Shown piece by piece: positions 1 to 14,979 of a stretch of DNA of 64,000 bases. Source of the stretch: Eledone cirrhosa (Eukaryota); the NCBI GenBank assembly GCA_964016885.1, contig OZ024741.1:285758001-285822000 (forward strand). Reading direction: 5' to 3'. A program made the translations under genes and the position numbers. The notes under the pieces were generated by a model. The model was not told the DNA's origin and searched no databases. It saw nothing but the letters and a program-made list of their open reading frames with translations. The stretch's first letter is position 1. Every line of letters begins with the position of its first letter.

Positions 1-13
1 CGGATTTTCATTT

Positions 14-88
<75 letters not shown>

Positions 89-339
89 ATACAATAACAG
101 AGAAAGCTTTAAGCTAAACCCTGACTGGCTACCATCTCACTCAACAAACATTAGGATATACGTTAATATAATCCCAATTTTGTGTTTGGGGTGCTAACTA
201 TATGTATTTTGTGGAAAGCCAGTTGTATTATTTTATATGAGATATATATAGATATATATATATATAGAGAGAGTTTTATAATGTATACATATAGATATAT
301 ATATATACAAAAGAGTTTTATAATGTATACAAAGTATAT

Positions 340-426
340 AAAGTATTACCGGTTTCGATGTATTAGTAAAATCCATCTTATCAAATGTCGAGTATTTTAC
401 TAATACATCGAAACCGGTAATACTTT
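340..426. repeat. 33-bp inverted repeat carrying the HHR 3' half GAAAccggTA
   Basis: 340-372 is the reverse complement of 394-426. Confidence 0.7.
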
Positions 427-677
427 TTATACATCATATACATTCTGGATGCAGTCCCGCGCTCCTTACATTATTATAGTTTACATTATAAAACTATTTT
501 TAAAAGAATTGTCCCTCTTATTTTTTCCATAATGTCACTTTGACGAACCAAAGAAAGGAAAAATAAGATAAACAGACCCTAAAATATATTTTCCATGCCA
601 TTTCCAACTTCACCTTTTCTCTGTAACCACTGTTTTGTATAGAACATTACTTCCCCTTTCAAGTATATTTATATATA

Positions 678-772
<95 letters not shown>

Positions 773-1833
773 AGAGAGAATGAGAGCGAGAGAGAGCGAG
801 AGAGAGAGGGCGGAGAGAGAGAGGGAGAGGGGGAGAGAGCTAGTTAGATAGGTAGGTAGATTCATCCATGTCCCAGCATGGCTACAGACTGTTGGCTGGA
901 AAAGGTAAATAAGTGAATATTTCTATGTATGTATAACGAGTTTTCACACAGTTCCTTCGCTAACTGATTCGGTATTAATCATATCAATATTACTTCCATA
1001 CGATGCTGCTACGTACCTTCGTAGGTGTGAAACGAACGTCAAACTAGCAGTTTCATCTGCTTGTAGAGTCTAAGATTCCACACAAATTCAAGCATTCTAA
1101 TTGTTGCCGAACACCAATATTTATTTTATTATTTTGATCTTTCACTTTTTGACGATATAAACGGTGTGGTTCAGATGAGGTTATTGAAACAATCAAAATA
1201 AACATAGAAACAAAAGTTACATATTTAACAACATACTAACGGTATTATTATCTTATGAAACTAAACAATGCTGTATCGTTACTTACACAAACATACATAA
1301 AACCTTCAGTTATTATTATACATAGTATAAGCGAACCATTAAATAATCTGTGTTGATGGTGGTTATTGTGATATATAAAATAATAACATTCATTAATGAA
1401 TAATTATAGCATTGCAACGACTTTTGTTAGAAATTGGCTTCAGTGTCAGTCAACCAAACAATAGGATTTCAAATATTAATTATACATACTATAATTACTT
1501 GGGAATTTTACTATGAATTTTTACTACTGTATTTCTGGTTGCAAATTTGTCTGGCTATGTTATTAGTTGTATGATTATATAAGCCCATAAATTGATTGTT
1601 GTTTCATAGTGAATTATAATGTGCATAATTATATTTCTACAGCATTAATTGAAATGGTTAAGTAGTGAAACATGAGAATTTTCGCAAATACTCTTGAAAT
1701 TGGCTAATTTATTAACAAAAAAAGTATGAAGTCCCATGGGAGGAGAAAGTATATTCCATTTCTAATTTGCAACTGTATATTTTCATACGCATACTCCCAT
1801 ATGTGAATGTATGTATATATATACCCCCCCCCC

Positions 1834-1869
<36 letters not shown>

Positions 1870-2602
1870 CGGACGTATATATACGAGAATGAAGAAGGAA
1901 CGTCAAAGGGGTTAATACAAAATAGTTGTCAGTAACCATATATATTTAAAAAAAAAATACATATATATATATATATATATATGTATAAATATATATTTAT
2001 TCTACTATATAAATTGGAAGTGGTCGGACGTTGTATATTTAAGTAAGTAAGTAAGTAAGTGTAGTCGGATAAAAGTAGAAACGGCTTGGTGGAATGCAGC
2101 GTAAATTTACACATTATGCAGAATGACCCGAGGAGGCGTTGGGTCGACTTTCAAGCTACAAGCTTCCATGGTTACGGAGAAAATCGATGAAACAGGAATT
2201 TCCCATTCAAATTAAACTGAGAGTAATCTATGAACGGAGAAGTAAATATTTCGAGAAACGTTACAACCGAACGTAAACAGGAAGACGATATTTTGGTTCG
2301 TGAAGACGTTCCCTGAAAAAAGCGAGGATAATACGTTATGTGGAGCGTGAAGAACAATTTCATGCAAAGCCAAGACCAAGTTTATGGTATAAATGGAGTC
2401 GTTAGACTAATATTCTATTTAAAATAACGGAATGATTTCCAGCCCCGGTGTTTAATGGTGTAAATAAAATTGAAAACGAAAATGACAGAGGTTATTAAAA
2501 TAGTAAAAGTAAATAGTGAAGATTTAGGCCAGTACATACGTATGCCCCGACGGACATACACATACATACGCACACACAAATACATACACACACACGCATA
2601 TA

Positions 2603-3036
2603 TAAACCTTATGTATTTCTACAGTATTTTCACCAAACTTAAGACATAGGTTACTTATGTACTCCGGGTGGTCATGGGCACTTTCATTTTTACAGATATT
2701 AATTATAGGGCCTCCCACCAGATAAGCCCCTTTAACCACTTTATTGGAGTCGACTGAAGCACTGCAGTGCAATGCAACAAAACGTCATAACTTCTGGAGT
2801 TCGCAACCGATTTTCACAAAACTTGACACATGGGCTACGTTTGTCCTACAGATGAATGTGAACTCTCAGAATTGGCACATATTGAGTAGGGGGATCCCTG
2901 GGGGCCGGAACCCCCTTTTGGAAAAAGCCGATCATTTTGTAAAAGTAGAGTTTTCGAAGCAGCACTGAAGTATTGACATAAATGGTATACACAACTGCTA
3001 TTTAATACACGAGCAACGCCGGGTACCTCTGCTAGT
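2603..3036 (+). mobile_element. Non-autonomous Helitron-like element
   Basis: 3' end gcaacgccgggtacctctgCTAGt, the same terminus type as at 13845; the 5' boundary is uncertain. Confidence 0.65.
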
Positions 3037-3084
3037 TTATATATATATGATTACTGACAACTATTTTGTATTAACCCCTATGAC

Positions 3085-4896
3085 GTGCCCTACTATTAGA
3101 TTAATATGTCCATCAAAATCAGATATAGGCAAAATTAGCAAGTTTATATTAGATAGAATAATACCACAAATTAAAGAACAACTAATAATCAAGTTCTGGA
3201 GTAACACAGATGAAGCAATAGATTGGTTTAATAAATTAGACAATAGAGAATCTTCCGACTTTATACAATTTGACATAAATGACAACTTCTCTTCTATTTC
3301 CCCAGTTACCCTAAATAAGGCACTATCCTTTGCACAAAAAAACTCTGACCTTTCACTAGATGAAATTAAAATAATACTAGCTGCTAGAAGAACAATCATT
3401 AACTCCGACAATAGTTACTGGGAGCGAAAAAATAGACAGAATAACTTCAATATAACTATGGGATCAAACGATTCAGCTCAAATCATAGACACTGTTGCAA
3501 TTTATATAGCATATTTCTTACATTGAGAATTTGATAACCTACAAGGAAGAATCTATAGAGACGATACACTACTTTGAGCTAAAAACTTAAATCATCAAAA
3601 CTTAGAAAGATTAAGGAAAAAACATTAGAAAATTCTTTAATAATTTAGGCCTTAACATCACTTTTGAACCTAACTCTAAAAAAGCTTACTCCTTAGATGT
3701 ATCGCTCAACCTTAACTTAGGACTAATAGAACCCTTCCATAAAAATAATGAAAATTTAGCTTACATTGATTATAACTCTAATCACTGTCGATCCATAATT
3801 AACTCCATGGCACATACTATATCCTTTAGAATCTCGCGCCTATCTTCTAACATTTAAAGTTTTAATGAACAAGCTAACTACTACAACATAGCTATACTTA
3901 AGGTAGGCCATAAAGAGAGACTCAAATACATACCAGATACAAAAAATAACAACACACTTAATATTAATAGCACCATCCACACTTATAGAAACAACAAACC
4001 TAGGACTAAACATAAAAATTGGCAACAAGCACGTAAATTAAAGAAACAGAATACTAATACAAAGACCGCTAATAACTATAGAAGATGCAGAAATAGAAAC
4101 TACTTATGGTTCAATCCAATATTTAACTCCTCTATAAAAACTAAGCTACCTTACACTTTCTTCAAATTAGTTGACAAACATTTCCCTAAAACTCATAAAT
4201 ATCATAAAATCTTTAATAGAAAAACTATCAAACTATCATACTCCACTGCCAACAACATAGAATCGCACATACATAAAATTAACTATAAAATAATTTATAA
4301 TGCAAGTGGCCCGCAAAAGAGTACCATAACACCTAATACAAAACATAAGCATATAACATCATCACAACCAAACACACGTCAGAGCACATCAACTCAATAA
4401 ATCAACAAACCTAATTCACAGCCCATACATAGCAACCTACAAAACCATATAGAAGAACCGGCGCATAGAAAAGCATCTAAATGTAACTGCCAACTACCTG
4501 ACAAATGCCCTTTGCAAAATAGATGCCTAGAGACAAATATAGTACTATAAATTCAGGTAGCTTAGCATGGCATTACATTGGTTCCACAGCTGGAAGTTTA
4601 AGAAACGGTTGTACGTACATAGACACTCGATGACTAACAGGAATCTCTCAAAGACAATGAGTCTCGCCAATAAAATCTGCCAACTTAAGGATGCAAACAT
4701 GGAATATAAAATTAGCTGGACAAAGCTAGCAAAAGCAAATGCCTATCAAATTGGTATGTCCCACTGTGGTCTCTGTAATATGGAATTTTTCCAAATTTTA
4801 AATTACAAGAAAATTCTTCTTAACAGTAAAATTGAAAAAAACATTTTTGGTCGACATAAATCGGCGACTAAATTTGAGAACTTTAGACCAGCTTAA
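3085..4896 (+). pseudogene. Disrupted PLE reverse transcriptase/GIY-YIG endonuclease ORF
   Basis: ORF pieces 3047-3526 and 4567-4896, plus intervening frameshifted segments, carry PLE RT and EN motifs. Confidence 0.88.
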
Positions 4897-5800
4897 TTCC
4901 ATCTTATCTATTCCATAACGCAGATTGTATCACTTGGATCTATTACTATATGACATTATCAACATCATCATCATCATCATTATAATATAATTATAATTAT
5001 AATTGCTATCATCTATGAAAGAACAACATCAAAACCTCTTATATTTACATTCTTATTTTATATATCTCTATTTTTCACTCTTTATCTTTATATTTCTCTC
5101 CCTAAATTTATTTCATATCCTTCATTTTATTTTATCATATAATATAACTTCAAAGTAATTAATTTATTTATTTATTAAAATAACCAATACAAACATAAAT
5201 ATATTGAACATTATCATATTTTCACCTCATTATCTCTCCATAAATTTCAACAATTCTCAAAAACCATTCTCAATGATTTTAATATGTTTAAATATTCTTC
5301 GCACATTTTTACTCTTTTTACTCCTTTTACGTATTTGTTTTTATTCTTCATTTTCTAGATTTTATACCATTTTATATCACATTGGACATAACTTATTTAT
5401 TTATTTATTTATCAATTTTCTATATATTTTTTTATATATCTATTTTTATTTTTATTTACATTTATTCATGTATTAACGTTTATTCATCTATGTGTCCCTC
5501 TATTCTTCTTTCTATCCTACGTTATTTTAAATTATATTTGTCTCTCCTCTATCAACCATCTTCCGCTCTTTATATTTCTATCTATAACAATTTCTCCTTT
5601 TCTTCTTTCTCTTTTTCTTTTTCTTTTTCTTTTTCTTTTTCTTTTTCTTTTTCCTTCTTCTACTTTCCCCTTCCTTTCTTTCTTTACTGTATCTATCTCC
5701 CTTTCTTCCTCCTTTTCTCTCTATATCTTTATTATTAATATTATTATTGATGATGTAATTTGCATTTGTAAATTTGCCGGTTACATATATATTTTTTTAA

Positions 5801-5910
5801 CAGTTTCCGATGATCTAATAGAGTTAACCTCATATTTAAAATTGAGTGGCACTAATTTTAGTGTTCAGCAATTTTTAGACTACTCTACCAGTGAAACAAT
5901 TGTTAGACTG
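5801..5910 (+). ncRNA. Type I hammerhead-like motif in PLE 3' end (variant core CCGAUGA, long stem II)
   Basis: cagttt-CCGATGA-(~77 nt)-GAAA-caattg-TT-agactg: stem I cagttt/agactg and palindromic stem III acaattgt. Confidence 0.65.
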
Positions 5911-5960
5911 CAAATAAATCCTTTTTTTGTACTGTTGACCATGTTATTCTCCACTTTTTC

Positions 5961-6018
<58 letters not shown>

Positions 6019-6038
6019 GTATGTATATACATACATAT

Positions 6039-6116
<78 letters not shown>

Positions 6117-6729
6117 CTGTGTGTGTGTATGTATGTGTGTGTGTATATATATATGAGCAAAGTAGTTAAAACATTAGGAGAATTTGAAATGTGTGCGTCC
6201 CAACGCAAATAACCATAATACAAGTCGATCACGATAAATAATAGTTGAGTAAATTAGCTAACGTATTTCCGAAAACGCAAAAGTTGGGCATAGACGCTTG
6301 AGAGGAATGAAAACCACATCTATCGGGTGTCTGGCGACTGCGTTAACCAGTATATTACAGAGCCGCTTACCACCAGTTCCGTACCGTTAGATTTTAAGCA
6401 TGTAGCTATAAAGATAAACAAAAACGGGTTACTTAAGAATATTGGGAAATATTGAAATTTGAAACATATGCGTTCTAACTCAAATGACCAAAATAATAAT
6501 CGATCTCTATAATTTTTTTATATGAATATAATTATATTTATATAATCATATGAATATAAATTGGTCAAACATAAAGACATAGAAAACATCATTAGAAAGG
6601 GCTATAAATGTTATAAAGGAGAAGAAGTGGCGGTGAAGAACAAGGGTTCCTAGACAAAGGAAGAAAGCAGGGTAGAAGGGGAGAGGCTGACATGTTCTAC
6701 ACCAAGATCGAAACGGTGTTTCGGCTGCA

Positions 6730-7250
6730 CCCCGCAATGGCATTTCAGCGGACAATATACAGTGATATACACTGCAACAGCCACGCTACCTAGCGGGGCT
6801 CTTTCCTCAGACAATTTTATTGAGGACATCGGCAGTCAGCGATCCAAGAACGCCCGAGGTTTCGACGGCCACAGGGGCAAAGAAGAAGCAATCGGACAAG
6901 TCCTGGTATTTGCTTCCTTTCCTGTCCTCTGCATTGTGGTTCACGGTACCAGGATTTGTGGCCGAGTTGATTAAGTTGGCGGGGGAAAACATATTACTAC
7001 ATGTCGCGTCCCAGATGAGGAATTTACCCCCTTCGAAAGGGAAGAGGGTAATTCCAACATAGCGAATGATGTCTCCACGGCCGAGACTGACTTCCTGTTA
7101 CAAATGGAGTCAGCGGGCCTCGCCCACGGAGACGGCAAGCGCGGAGATTCAATAAACAGCGTTGGAGAAAATCCGATAAATAACAGTGGAGAGAGAAAAT
7201 AGTGTCCAGCGGAAATTAAATCGCGGCACACGTTTGACATGCCACTGTGG
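6730..7250 (-). mobile_element. CRE-like non-LTR retrotransposon 3' fragment (restriction-like endonuclease)
   Basis: RPAD...LIWDATCSN...AEDRKGSKY..FFFAPVAVETSG; frameshifted. Confidence 0.75.
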
Positions 7251-7489
7251 TAATGACGGCTCTGAGAAGCTGCTTTTTAGGATGCTTAAACCATAATGGT
7301 TTATGTGTATGCATGTGTATAGGTGAGAGTGGACGTACACATACATATGTGTGAGAATTGTTGACTGGCAATTAACCCATGAAAACTATTTCATTTGAAA
7401 TATAATCGTGACTGATTACATTCGTGTATTTGCCCTATAACGGAATTGTTGAAGGATAAAAGTACAAGTAAAGCCGCTACTTATATGTA

Positions 7490-7775
7490 TTGAGATATCA
7501 CAGCTTCGAACGGCTCAGGAAAGAATCGCTGGATAGATTTCACAAGCAAAACCAACTGGCAGAAGACCCAGGGGTAGAACACCAGGATGATGATTGGATA
7601 ACATCCATGATCTCGGCTGCTCTCGCTTGGGGATCCAGCTGGATCAATTGGAGATAGTTGTTTCTGAAAGGTCCCGCTGGAAGAAGTGTTTGAGAACTCT
7701 GCCCCACGACACTCTCAAGAAGAAGAAGAAGAAGAAGAAGAAGAAGAAGAAGAAGAAGAAGAAGAAGAAGAAGAA
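7490..7775 (+). mobile_element. RTE-clade LINE 3' end with (AAG)n tail
   Basis: KPTGRRPRGR...LDNIHDLG..RLGI...RSRWK; homologous to 26755-27085. Confidence 0.65.
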
Positions 7776-8202
7776 AAGCATGTTTATAAGAACATTGTAA
7801 AACTAAAATAAAATTAATGCTTTATTGCGTCAAATTCTGAAACCATCCAATGAAAACATCAAAATATTAGATTATAGCGGGCTGAAATTCAATGTAGTTG
7901 GTTTGGGGAGAATACAGGCTTAAACAATAAATAACATGTTTTAGTATGTGTTTAATACCATTAACTTTCATGCAACTATAGGCAACATACAAAACAAATA
8001 TCATAAATATCATAAATATTATGATAATATAATTAAGTATAAAAAGGCATGATGCGTTATTGAAGATTGCGTTAAAAAATATATTCAGAGTTTTTTCCTA
8101 CAAGCGTGCCTGATAAACGAATGATTGAGGTTTCAACTTGAGTTTCAATACAGACAAATGTGTATGTATATACATATATACGTGTGTTTGTGCGCGCGCG
8201 CA

Positions 8203-8273
<71 letters not shown>

Positions 8274-9152
8274 ATTTTTATGTGTAAATATATTAAAGAC
8301 ACAAACAGCAAAATAGTAAACGATACAAACCCTCATACACATAAAACACACGAAGACGTTACAAATACAAAAACACATACAGGATGACGCAGCAGCAGAC
8401 GCATGCGCAGACACGAAACTGAAAAACGCACCACAAAATGACAATAAACAAGATGTAGTAAAGTTTCAGCACGAGAAAAAAAATGAGGCAGAAAGCATAT
8501 AATCATTGAAGCGGTCACAGCACATATGACGAAAGGGTTTTGATAAACAAATGAATATCGAACAATAAAGATAAAGTGAAAATCAACTGGTGCGTGTGTT
8601 TCTTTCTATAGACAATAGTGGTAACATTAACATCCACAAATCTTGCAAAGCAAAAACATAAACGTGTTATATATATATATATATATATGGGAAGGTGACG
8701 ATAAGGATTGTCCATAGAAGTAACGACAATACGTCCATCGAGTAGACTTCAAACATATCTTTAAGATAAATTAGTCAACAGATACTCTTGCTGACATTGC
8801 TACTATGTTTATCGGACATTTTATAAAAGTATTTTATGAAAATATTGTCAATATTTTATAAAAATATAAATAATTTCCTTTAATATGGCTGGCAACTTTA
8901 CAACCAATTAGACATTGGTTTTCTTTACGTCGCGCTAAAACATACACACACAGACATACAGCCATACACACAAACACATATTCGAGTGTTGATTACATTT
9001 TATGAAGTATTGGGTAGATATTTTTTCATATGGTTTAAAGATCATGTATATAATGTAGAATGATGTATTGTAATATCATACAACAGCTTCGAAACTATTG
9101 TGTCCTTTTCGCCTGCGCATTTCGGATTTTCCGCCACCCCGCTCCACTCTTC

Positions 9153-9212
<60 letters not shown>

Positions 9213-9400
9213 ATATAGGTATCGATGTAGATAAGGTTATTTCTATGAAATGTGTGTTGGGTTTGTGTTCCATCAAAATATGTTGGCTTATTGACACACT
9301 TCCAGAATACCATTCAATTATATATCGTACATGTCAACTGATGTGACATATCAATAAATCAAAATAAAACACAGACTGTACTTGTACGTATATTGAAGAC

Positions 9401-9451
<51 letters not shown>

Positions 9452-9874
9452 ATATTAATTAAAATGTTAATCTCCCTAATACTTAGACATTTCCAATGAA
9501 TGGATAAAATATACAAATAAAATATCACTCAGAGAAATAATTTAACATATTAAATTTATTCCAAAATCTTAATTCAGGAGGAGGGTGGTCTGGTATTGTT
9601 TCTTCTGTTCTTGAAACCACAGTAGGAGGACGAGTATATGAGTTAGACTGTCTTATGTTGGTCGGTCTGACTTATACTTCTCTAAATTTACATTTTGGCA
9701 TACATTTTATATATATATATATACATGTATGTGTATGTATATATATATATGTATATATATGTATATATATATATATATTTGTGTGTGTGTGGGTGGGGGG
9801 GGTGTATGCGTGTGTCTGTGTGTGAAATGTAAACAAAAATAACAAAGCAAATGACACAGTACAGTGATGAAATA

Positions 9875-9950
9875 TATTAGTTTGAGGCTTGAAATAACAG
9901 GAAAAGAGTCTTAACGTTTCGGACACTAGTCTTTCATTAGAAGATAGAAT
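9875..9950 (-). ncRNA. Minimal hammerhead family F (copies at 44257-44325 minus and 32418-32470 plus, internally deleted)
   Basis: tctt-CTAATGA-aagac.tagt.gtcc-GAAA-cg-TT-aaga. The other two copies keep CTGATGA and share the tail ttcctg(c/t)tatt(t/a)caagc. Confidence 0.65.
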
Positions 9951-11900
9951 GAAAAATATAGGATGGAATAGAAAGATAACGAGTGAGAGATGGAAGGAAG
10001 GGAAAAAAAAACATACATTTTATTTGTATATTCAAGGATATAATTGTGTATGTATATACTTGTATGACTGTCCATATGTAAACGATATGATACGTATTGT
10101 TCCATATGTCTCCCTTCAGCGACGTGTTGAACAATTACTATCATCCTTCATCCCATCTGCGATATCGTTTCCTCTAAAATAACTTGCTGCTCTTTTTAAT
10201 GAAAATGTATCTCTTATCACTCTCTCAGCACTGAAGTTGAGCAGCGTCCTTTAAATTACAATCCTGTCTTATATGTTATTTACCCTATCATTGTCTATAT
10301 TCACAGGCGTGGTCATCAATACTGATATTGCGATTTACGTAAGACTCCATAATAAGTTAATTATGCATATATAGAGTATACAACGACGTCCGATGCTTAA
10401 AAATATTGGTAAAATTTATTCTAGTCATATGCATGTCACAAAAGCATACTTTTCACAGAGCTTAAAAAGAAAGTTTGAAACAAAATTTCTATTTGTAGGA
10501 AATTGTAAATAGTTTGAATGTCTGGCAAGAAGTACAAACAATATTTTATAGTCAATGAATAATTTTTTCAGCAGACAAATATAATTTTACAAAGAATTAA
10601 TTAGTATTTAGTAATTGAGATAAAGCGGTCTCCGGCAAGCATTATGATCTCACAAATTTGACTTTTTTCGTGTAAATTCAATGTCTTCACATAAGTCATG
10701 AATCACTTTGGTTAAGCATGATCATCATAAATTGATTTACGTCTCCGCAGAATGCACGAATAGAATTTGTATCTACCTCAAAAAGAAAATAATATATACT
10801 GACATACAGGTAAATAGTGTGCTATGTGTATGCTCGCTGAACAATTAGAGATCCCTCCACCTCCATCAATAACATGAATATTGCAAACTTCAATTTACAT
10901 TTATGACAATAGTTTCTTTCCATTAGGTTTCTATTAGGTATTATTCAATAGGCTTTCACATTATGTATAACATTATGATTTTATTACAACTCCAGATAAA
11001 ATAAATTCCATTTATATTGACATCTTTATATTGGCATATTTTTGTAACAACATCTGATGATGTAAAATTCAGTTTTGAAACTCCATTATAGGAGAAAGTC
11101 CTATATAAAAGAAATTAATAAATAAATGAAAAGATAAATAAATAAGAAAAAGATATCCTTCCAGGCCCTGTCGAACAGCATTGGTGGGAGGGAAATAGCG
11201 TGAGAAATCCATTATACAGAAATATTTCTCTTTATAATCATTCTGTATGTTCTACGATTTACATAATTCCTTGAGATGAATTTTTGAATTCATACATTTA
11301 TAAGCTGTATATTTTGTGTAAATATAGTAGTTATATCTTGATTTTATAAATACGTTTGTTCAAATATATATTTTATTTCATGAATACACTTGAGTAGTTA
11401 GTCTTGTTTATAATGTTCCGTTTTTTTTTATTTTCGTGTTGTATTTTGGAAGCGAGGGAATATATTGCTCACTATCTCCTTTTAGAAGTGTGTCATACTG
11501 GCTATGGAAATATAAAACACATTCTTTTTAATATGGCTGTAACTATTACAAACTCTAATGTAATTCTCACCTTTACTGAATGAAAATGAGAAATTGTAGA
11601 CATGCCATAGCAATAACCAACTGACGTTGATTATGGATGTCATCTGACAACGACATGCTATATCAAATTCTAAGAACTTACTGGTAATATTGTTAGTAAG
11701 CACTCAATGCACCAAATACATAAATAAGTCTATCTATTTTAGTAGAGATAATACAATCTGGCAACAACTATTTTTGGTTCAATTCATCACAGTTCTTGTA
11801 ATAGATTTTTCCTATTTCCCTTACTTTTATTTGAATATTGTAACCCCTTTTGTAACTTCTATTTTATATAATTTAGGCTTCTTCAAGATAAAGCTACATA

Positions 11901-11949
<49 letters not shown>

Positions 11950-12134
11950 CGAAGGAAATGTGGTAAGGAACCAGGTGGACCATAACGCACCAAAGTACTC
12001 AATACTATATGTGTGTGTGTTTAATGGTAGCTATGATGTGTGTGTGTGTTTAATGGTAGCTATAATGCTTCCATAGACGATATGCCAGTTAAGCACTCTA
12101 TGTTCTTACAGAGCAGAGTCTGATATAATATAAA

Positions 12135-12361
12135 ACGAAAAATCAGTGATGCATCTGGACTCAATTTATTGTGTGTTACAATTGTTTCGCCGGCAGACAG
12201 CTCGAGACACGATCATTGTGTGGATCTGTGTGATTCTGGAACTGCAGGTTCGTCGGACACTTCCAATAACTTCGGAACAAATATTTGTTCTCGAGCTGTC
12301 TGCCGGCGAAACAATTGTAACACACAATAAATTGAGTCCAGATGCATCACTGATTTTTCGT
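12135..12361. mobile_element. Fold-back element with a minus-strand hammerhead-like motif
   Basis: ~72 bp perfect arms (12135-12207 / 12289-12361). Minus strand 12260->12172 reads gtgt-CCGACGA-acctgcag...ctgccggc-GAAA-caattg-TA-acac. Confidence 0.8.
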
Positions 12362-12368
12362 GTTACAT

Positions 12369-12399
<31 letters not shown>

Positions 12400-12654
12400 A
12401 AATGTTTGATATTCACGAAGAGTTTCAAGGCAACGGCTCCTGAGACATGATGTGTAATGAGGATATATTTGCGCATAGAAGGATTTGGAGACTGGATTTC
12501 TATTATTATATGAAAGCCTAGAGAAGGAAAGGTGAATGAATTCAGAAATGCACTATGAGAAGTCGGAATATTTCTGGGTTACAGGAGAGATTGAAGAGAA
12601 ACAGCATGTACATTTGCCAGTTGACATCTGTTGGTGCAGTATAAAACACACACG

Positions 12655-12734
<80 letters not shown>

Positions 12735-13844
12735 GGGGGGGGGTATGTATATGTGTGTGTGTGAGAGTCTGTGTGTGAGATATATTGAGGTTCCGAATAA
12801 GGTAAAACATTTGTTCTCGGTATTGTGTACTAACTGTTGTGGAACTACTTCTATATATGAATATATATATATGTATGTGTGTGTCTCTGTCTGTAATCTA
12901 TCTGTGTCTATTTGTCTGTCTGTTTGTATGTATGTGGAATAGTAATGCCATTCGAGATATGCGAAGAGGGCGTATATTTTCTGGTGACATTTTTTATTCA
13001 GCGTCTAGAAGTTATAGCAGAGTTCGCGGTGTCTAGCATTTGCAGTGACATTATATTTTCTTTTCAGGTGATGTTGATGTTAAAGAGAGATATGATTTTG
13101 TTTTCTTCATATGTTTTGTGAATGTATCTTTGTGTCTTGTTTCAGGAGAAATGAGAACCATGTTCCCATTAGAGGATGGTTTACAGATCCGTTCAAGGAA
13201 ATAGTGCTGATTCAGTGTGATGTCTCTAGTTTACATGCAAATGACATGCAAGTGACCTATGGCCGATTTGTTCCAGAAACGGTGAGAGAGGAATAGGAAG
13301 TAAAACGACAGATAGAAGAGCAACGAACCTCGTTATCCACCTCGAAAATTATGAATGGCAAAGTTGATTTCGGAAGTATTTGAACTCAAATCACAATTGA
13401 GGTACAATATCTATCGTTGTATTTAATCTGATGCTCTAACTACTTTGCTAATGCTCCCTCACCTCCTTCACAAAGAATATATATCATATAAAACTGGCTT
13501 TACGATACTGGAGGTCATTAACGCGGGGAAATAGTTGAAGGTATGGAAGTATTAATTAATAAAAGTCTCCATCGCCCTGGGTATCTCGGAATTTAACGCG
13601 ATAGGACCATAGTTGGCAGGAATAAAGCCATTGCCTCTGTTGAAATTTGACGCATTGTAGCATGTTTCCTGATCGGAGGAAAGATCCTAGTTATAGAGGG
13701 AGTTAGGGATAGCTATAGAGCTACGCGGATATCCATATATTCATAATTATAGGTCCAAATTAATGATGATGAACACAGAAATACCATTACAGAAAGTCAT
13801 TAGTTTCAAGCTCTGAAAATTCAGATGTGTTAAATTTAGAATAT

Positions 13845-14944
13845 ACTAGCAGTCGTACCCGGCGTTGCGCTGATAAGGTATCTTGGAACACTTGCTGCCA
13901 ACAGACTTAATCGTGGAAAAACTGCATGCCTCGACAATATGTAAAGAAAATAAACCGAATACTCTGATGGCTGGATAATCTTTAAGATATTACTCGATGA
14001 AACAGGAAAATTGCAGGTTATCACTTAGGGCATCAAGAAAATGAATTTTTTTTATGTGCATAATATACCTTGAAATTTCGGGAAAATCGGCTAGACGTAA
14101 CGCCTAAAAAAAGCCTAAAAAGCTGAAAAAATGAAGTTTTTCACCTAATGCGGGCCCTAGGCCATAAAGAAGTTGGATTTTCTTTGCTCACGGTATGAAG
14201 AAGAGACTGACTAATACATAGATACAAGTTCAAGGAAATTTTTATGTGCATAACACTCCCTGAGTAACTTTTGTTCTCGTAAAGGCACGTAAGTAAGCAA
14301 CACTGTGAAAACTGAAGCTATTATAGCGATGTTTTCTTTACCGGCTTTAATTTTTAGTGTTGTGTGAAATATATAACCTGCAAACCTGATTTTGAATCGC
14401 AGCAGGGTCGACTTTATTTCACTCACTCCACTAAAAGTTGTATTTTCTTTGCTCACGGTATGAAGAAGAGTTACCGGCATAGTTACCGACTTTCATTTTT
14501 AGTGTTGTGGGAAATATATAAGCGCCTTAGCTAAGCTTAGTATTGCCACAACCACGGCTGGCAAAGAAGTAAAGGTCAGGTGGTTCATAAGTAAGCAACA
14601 CTGTGGCTTAAAACGTGAGGAAGAAGTAGTGTACACTTACCAACTGTTTGGGGAATGAGTGTTGAACAAGGGTGGCTGAATAACCGGAGGCATCAGACAG
14701 CCAGACATACAGACAGATATTATAAGGGCGCGCGTTATATGTATGTATCTATCTAAAAAGAGAAAGACTAAGAATTATAGAGCGAGATCGCTAAATCGCC
14801 TAATGCGGTCCCTAGGGCATTGCAAATTTGAAATTTTTTTGAAACATAGGTATTACATGTGTAAAGTTTGAAAACAGTCGGTTGGGTGCTTCTCGAGTTT
14901 TAGGGATTCAAACTCACACGCACACAGACAGACAGACATCCTCA

Positions 14945-14955
<11 letters not shown>
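13845..14955 (-). mobile_element. Non-autonomous Helitron-like element
   Basis: The minus-strand 3' end reads gcaacgccgggtacgactgCTAGt; (CAGA)n lies near the other end; there are internal direct repeats (tttctttgctcacggtatgaagaagag x2). Confidence 0.7.

Positions 14956-14979
<24 letters not shown>

Larger units (their letters stand above)
3085..5963 (+). mobile_element. Penelope-like retroelement (C-terminal GIY-YIG type, possibly Hydra clade), 5'-truncated and decayed
   Basis: RT motifs across frames: PTIRLICPSKSDIGKISK, FIQFDI, MGSNDSAQI, YRDD (3554-3565), WFNP...DKHFPKTHKYHKIFNRKTIKLSYS. Then a CNCx5CPL linker, a GIY-YIG-like region (KKRLYVHRHS, CGLCNME), a long pyrimidine-rich 3' UTR with a hammerhead, and a (TA)n end. 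Multiple stops and frameshifts. Confidence 0.9.

Noticed and set aside
11053-11095. CTGATGA...GAAA hammerhead
   Set aside because: No stem III/UH or stem I pairing.
12945-13300. Host exons (tttcag acceptors at ~13067 and ~13146)
   Set aside because: No convincing ORF/donor pair; the minus strand faintly resembles a decayed RTE LINE.
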